A DNA stretch of 63,737 bases, counting the filler, from Choristocarpus tenellus KU-1152 (taxonomy: Eukaryota; Protista; Phaeophyceae), in NCBI GenBank assembly GCA_964200185.2. It is 12 parts of 12 records of this genome, joined end to end, with 100 filler letters (N's around TTAATTAATTAA, not from the genome) between each part and the next. Parts side by side here need not be neighbours in the genome. Positions count along the whole stretch, not along the records: positions 61,201 to 63,737 come from CAXNAD020026961.1; 11 more parts are not named here. One strand, 5' to 3'. Position numbers and translations under genes: made by a program. The stretch's first letter is position 1. Each line of letters starts with the position of its first letter. Below, piece after piece: positions 62,143 through 63,737 of the stretch. The notes beneath the pieces were generated by a model, which searched no databases, had not been told where the DNA came from, and saw nothing but the letters and a program-made list of their open reading frames with translations.

Positions 62143-62400
62143 GAGTCAAAGTATCTTAGAGGGTAGAGCTGCGTCCATTTGAGGGTCCAAAACCAATGTT
62201 GCGATTTTGATGTAATTTTGGCCATTGTGTTTGTTAGGAAGTGTCAATATCCATATTCTGGACACCTTTTCATAACGTATGCATTTTACCTACTCCAAAA
62301 CATTTTGGAGTAGAAAAATGTCATTAAAAAATCCCATGGGAAGTCAAGCCCCAAATGGACAAACAGGGTAAAACTCATACCCTCTAAGATACTTTCACTC
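62143..62400. mobile_element. MITE family A, full length, no TSD, abutting a truncated copia integrase
   Basis: GAGTCAAAGTATCTTAGAGGGTA ... TACCCTCTAAGATACTTTCACTC; flanks gtaa/tgga. Confidence 0.92.
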
Positions 62401-63737
62401 TGGAGCAGCCTGCACATGGCTCCAGCTCACCCACCAATGTAATGCCCATTGAAGTGGCGGTGGACTTGAGCAATGCCTCGTGTGCGTGGCCATAAGAGCG
62501 GTGGAAGAGGTTAATGTCGACGTGGTGTGGGGAGCGTGGGGTGCAAGCGAGGGGGCTATAGTGGCCTTTAAAGCAAGTTCAGCATTTCGATCTAGTCGCG
62601 GCAATATGCGTTGACCATGGAGGGTGTAGTGGCAACCAGGATCTCTTGTGAAGTTAAGTACTCCATCTAATAGCGAGAATGTGCTGGCTGTGAAAATGCC
62701 TTTTGCACCCTTGTCAGCTGCTACTTGGCAAGAGAAAAGGTTGAATCCTAGATCAGGGACATGGGCGACATTCTGAAGGAGTATTTCTACCTCCTTGTTG
62801 TCACGTTACGGAAACAAGATGATTAGATCACCATGACCAGCGATGCAAAAGAAATTTTGGCTGGCAGTGACTACCCTTTCATTTCCAATGCAAGGCTTGT
62901 ATTTAGTCATGTGAGTTATCATATTGGTTACATGACATGAAGCCGCACTGTCCAAAATCCATTCTTCCCTCTCGCGGCCAACCCCAACACTTGACACCAA
63001 ACATTCGTTTGCCCCACACTTGCCTGGAGCATTGCTGCTCAGAGAGTCCTCAGTGGCGACCAGTAGTGCGTATAGCTCGTTGACGCAGCTGGTGGTACTT
63101 TCCACAGTAATGTGGGAAAGATTCGCCTCAGTCTTGATCTCTTCCTTCCCAGACTGCACCATAGTCAAGAACACCGAAGTGCATGTTGTTGTATCATGGG
63201 CACGTCCACCACACTTGGTGCAAATGCGGTTTGGACAAGCTGTCTTTTCATGTCCATGCTTACCGCATCTCTCACAAGGAATCTTCTCGGAACATTTTGG
63301 GTTGGAATTAGAACCCTGTTTCTTTCTTCCACCATTAAATTTACGTTCGACCCCACGACCTTGGCAAGTGCGATGAGACTGACTCTTCCCTTGTGATGAG
63401 CTGTTAACGACCAAAGCATGGCTGTTCTGTTGACTTGAGTGCTTGCCCTGATGAAGGGAAGCATATCGCTCTTCTAGCAGTTTTCTCTACGTCTGCTCGA
63501 CATAGTGTTCTCTGCGAGGCCATCATGCGTAACTCGGTGTCGTAATCTGATCCGAGAGCACTCAGGAACTGTAGGAGCAGCAGGTTGTCCGAGATCACCA
63601 GATCCATTGATTGCATCCTCCCCCGAAGCTCTTCCAGGTGGTTTAAAGTCAGGATCGGGTTCGACCCCTTCTCAACCTTTGCAGTGAAAAAATCACGGAA
63701 CAAATGTTGGCTATTACCCACTGTATTGGGCATGAAC
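62401..63737 (-). mobile_element. Ty1/copia retrotransposon remnant: gag, zinc knuckles, protease, pre-integrase/HHCC
   Basis: CERCGKHGHEKTAC and CTKCGGRAHDTTTC; protease WILDSAASCHVT; NVAHVPDLGFNLFS; FHRSYGH...PCAGC. Stops and frameshifts present. Confidence 0.92.

Overview
Eukaryotic, intron-rich nuclear DNA, most likely a stramenopile and probably a brown alga. This is inferred from a POP-type polymerase, an FxxN/GGAI PMP-like gene, the retroelement styles and TTAGGG repeats; the species cannot be determined. The window is 12 short contigs joined by 11 identical artificial 100-bp linkers (N44-TTAATTAATTAA-N44), so adjacency across linkers carries no information. Manual splicing recovers phase-consistent fragments of eight genes: an LSm11-like protein with an extra N-terminal helical module (+, 9.3-11.8 kb), a MadBub/Bub1-BubR1 checkpoint protein (+, 12.0-19.8 kb), a PMP-like protein 3' end (-), organellar-type RecA (-), POP-type organellar DNA polymerase (+), VAMP7 longin (-) head-to-head with a cyclic-nucleotide-binding protein (+), and eIF3b (+). 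The rest is introns, two related MITE families with GA(G/C)-type termini (about 12 copies), two decayed copies of one Ty1/copia family, Ty3/gypsy, LINE and DNA-transposase remnants, minisatellites and interstitial telomeric repeats. The most notable signal is the LSm11 (U7 snRNP-type) homolog in an alga, fused to an extra domain. All protein assignments come from motif recognition by eye, not from database searches.
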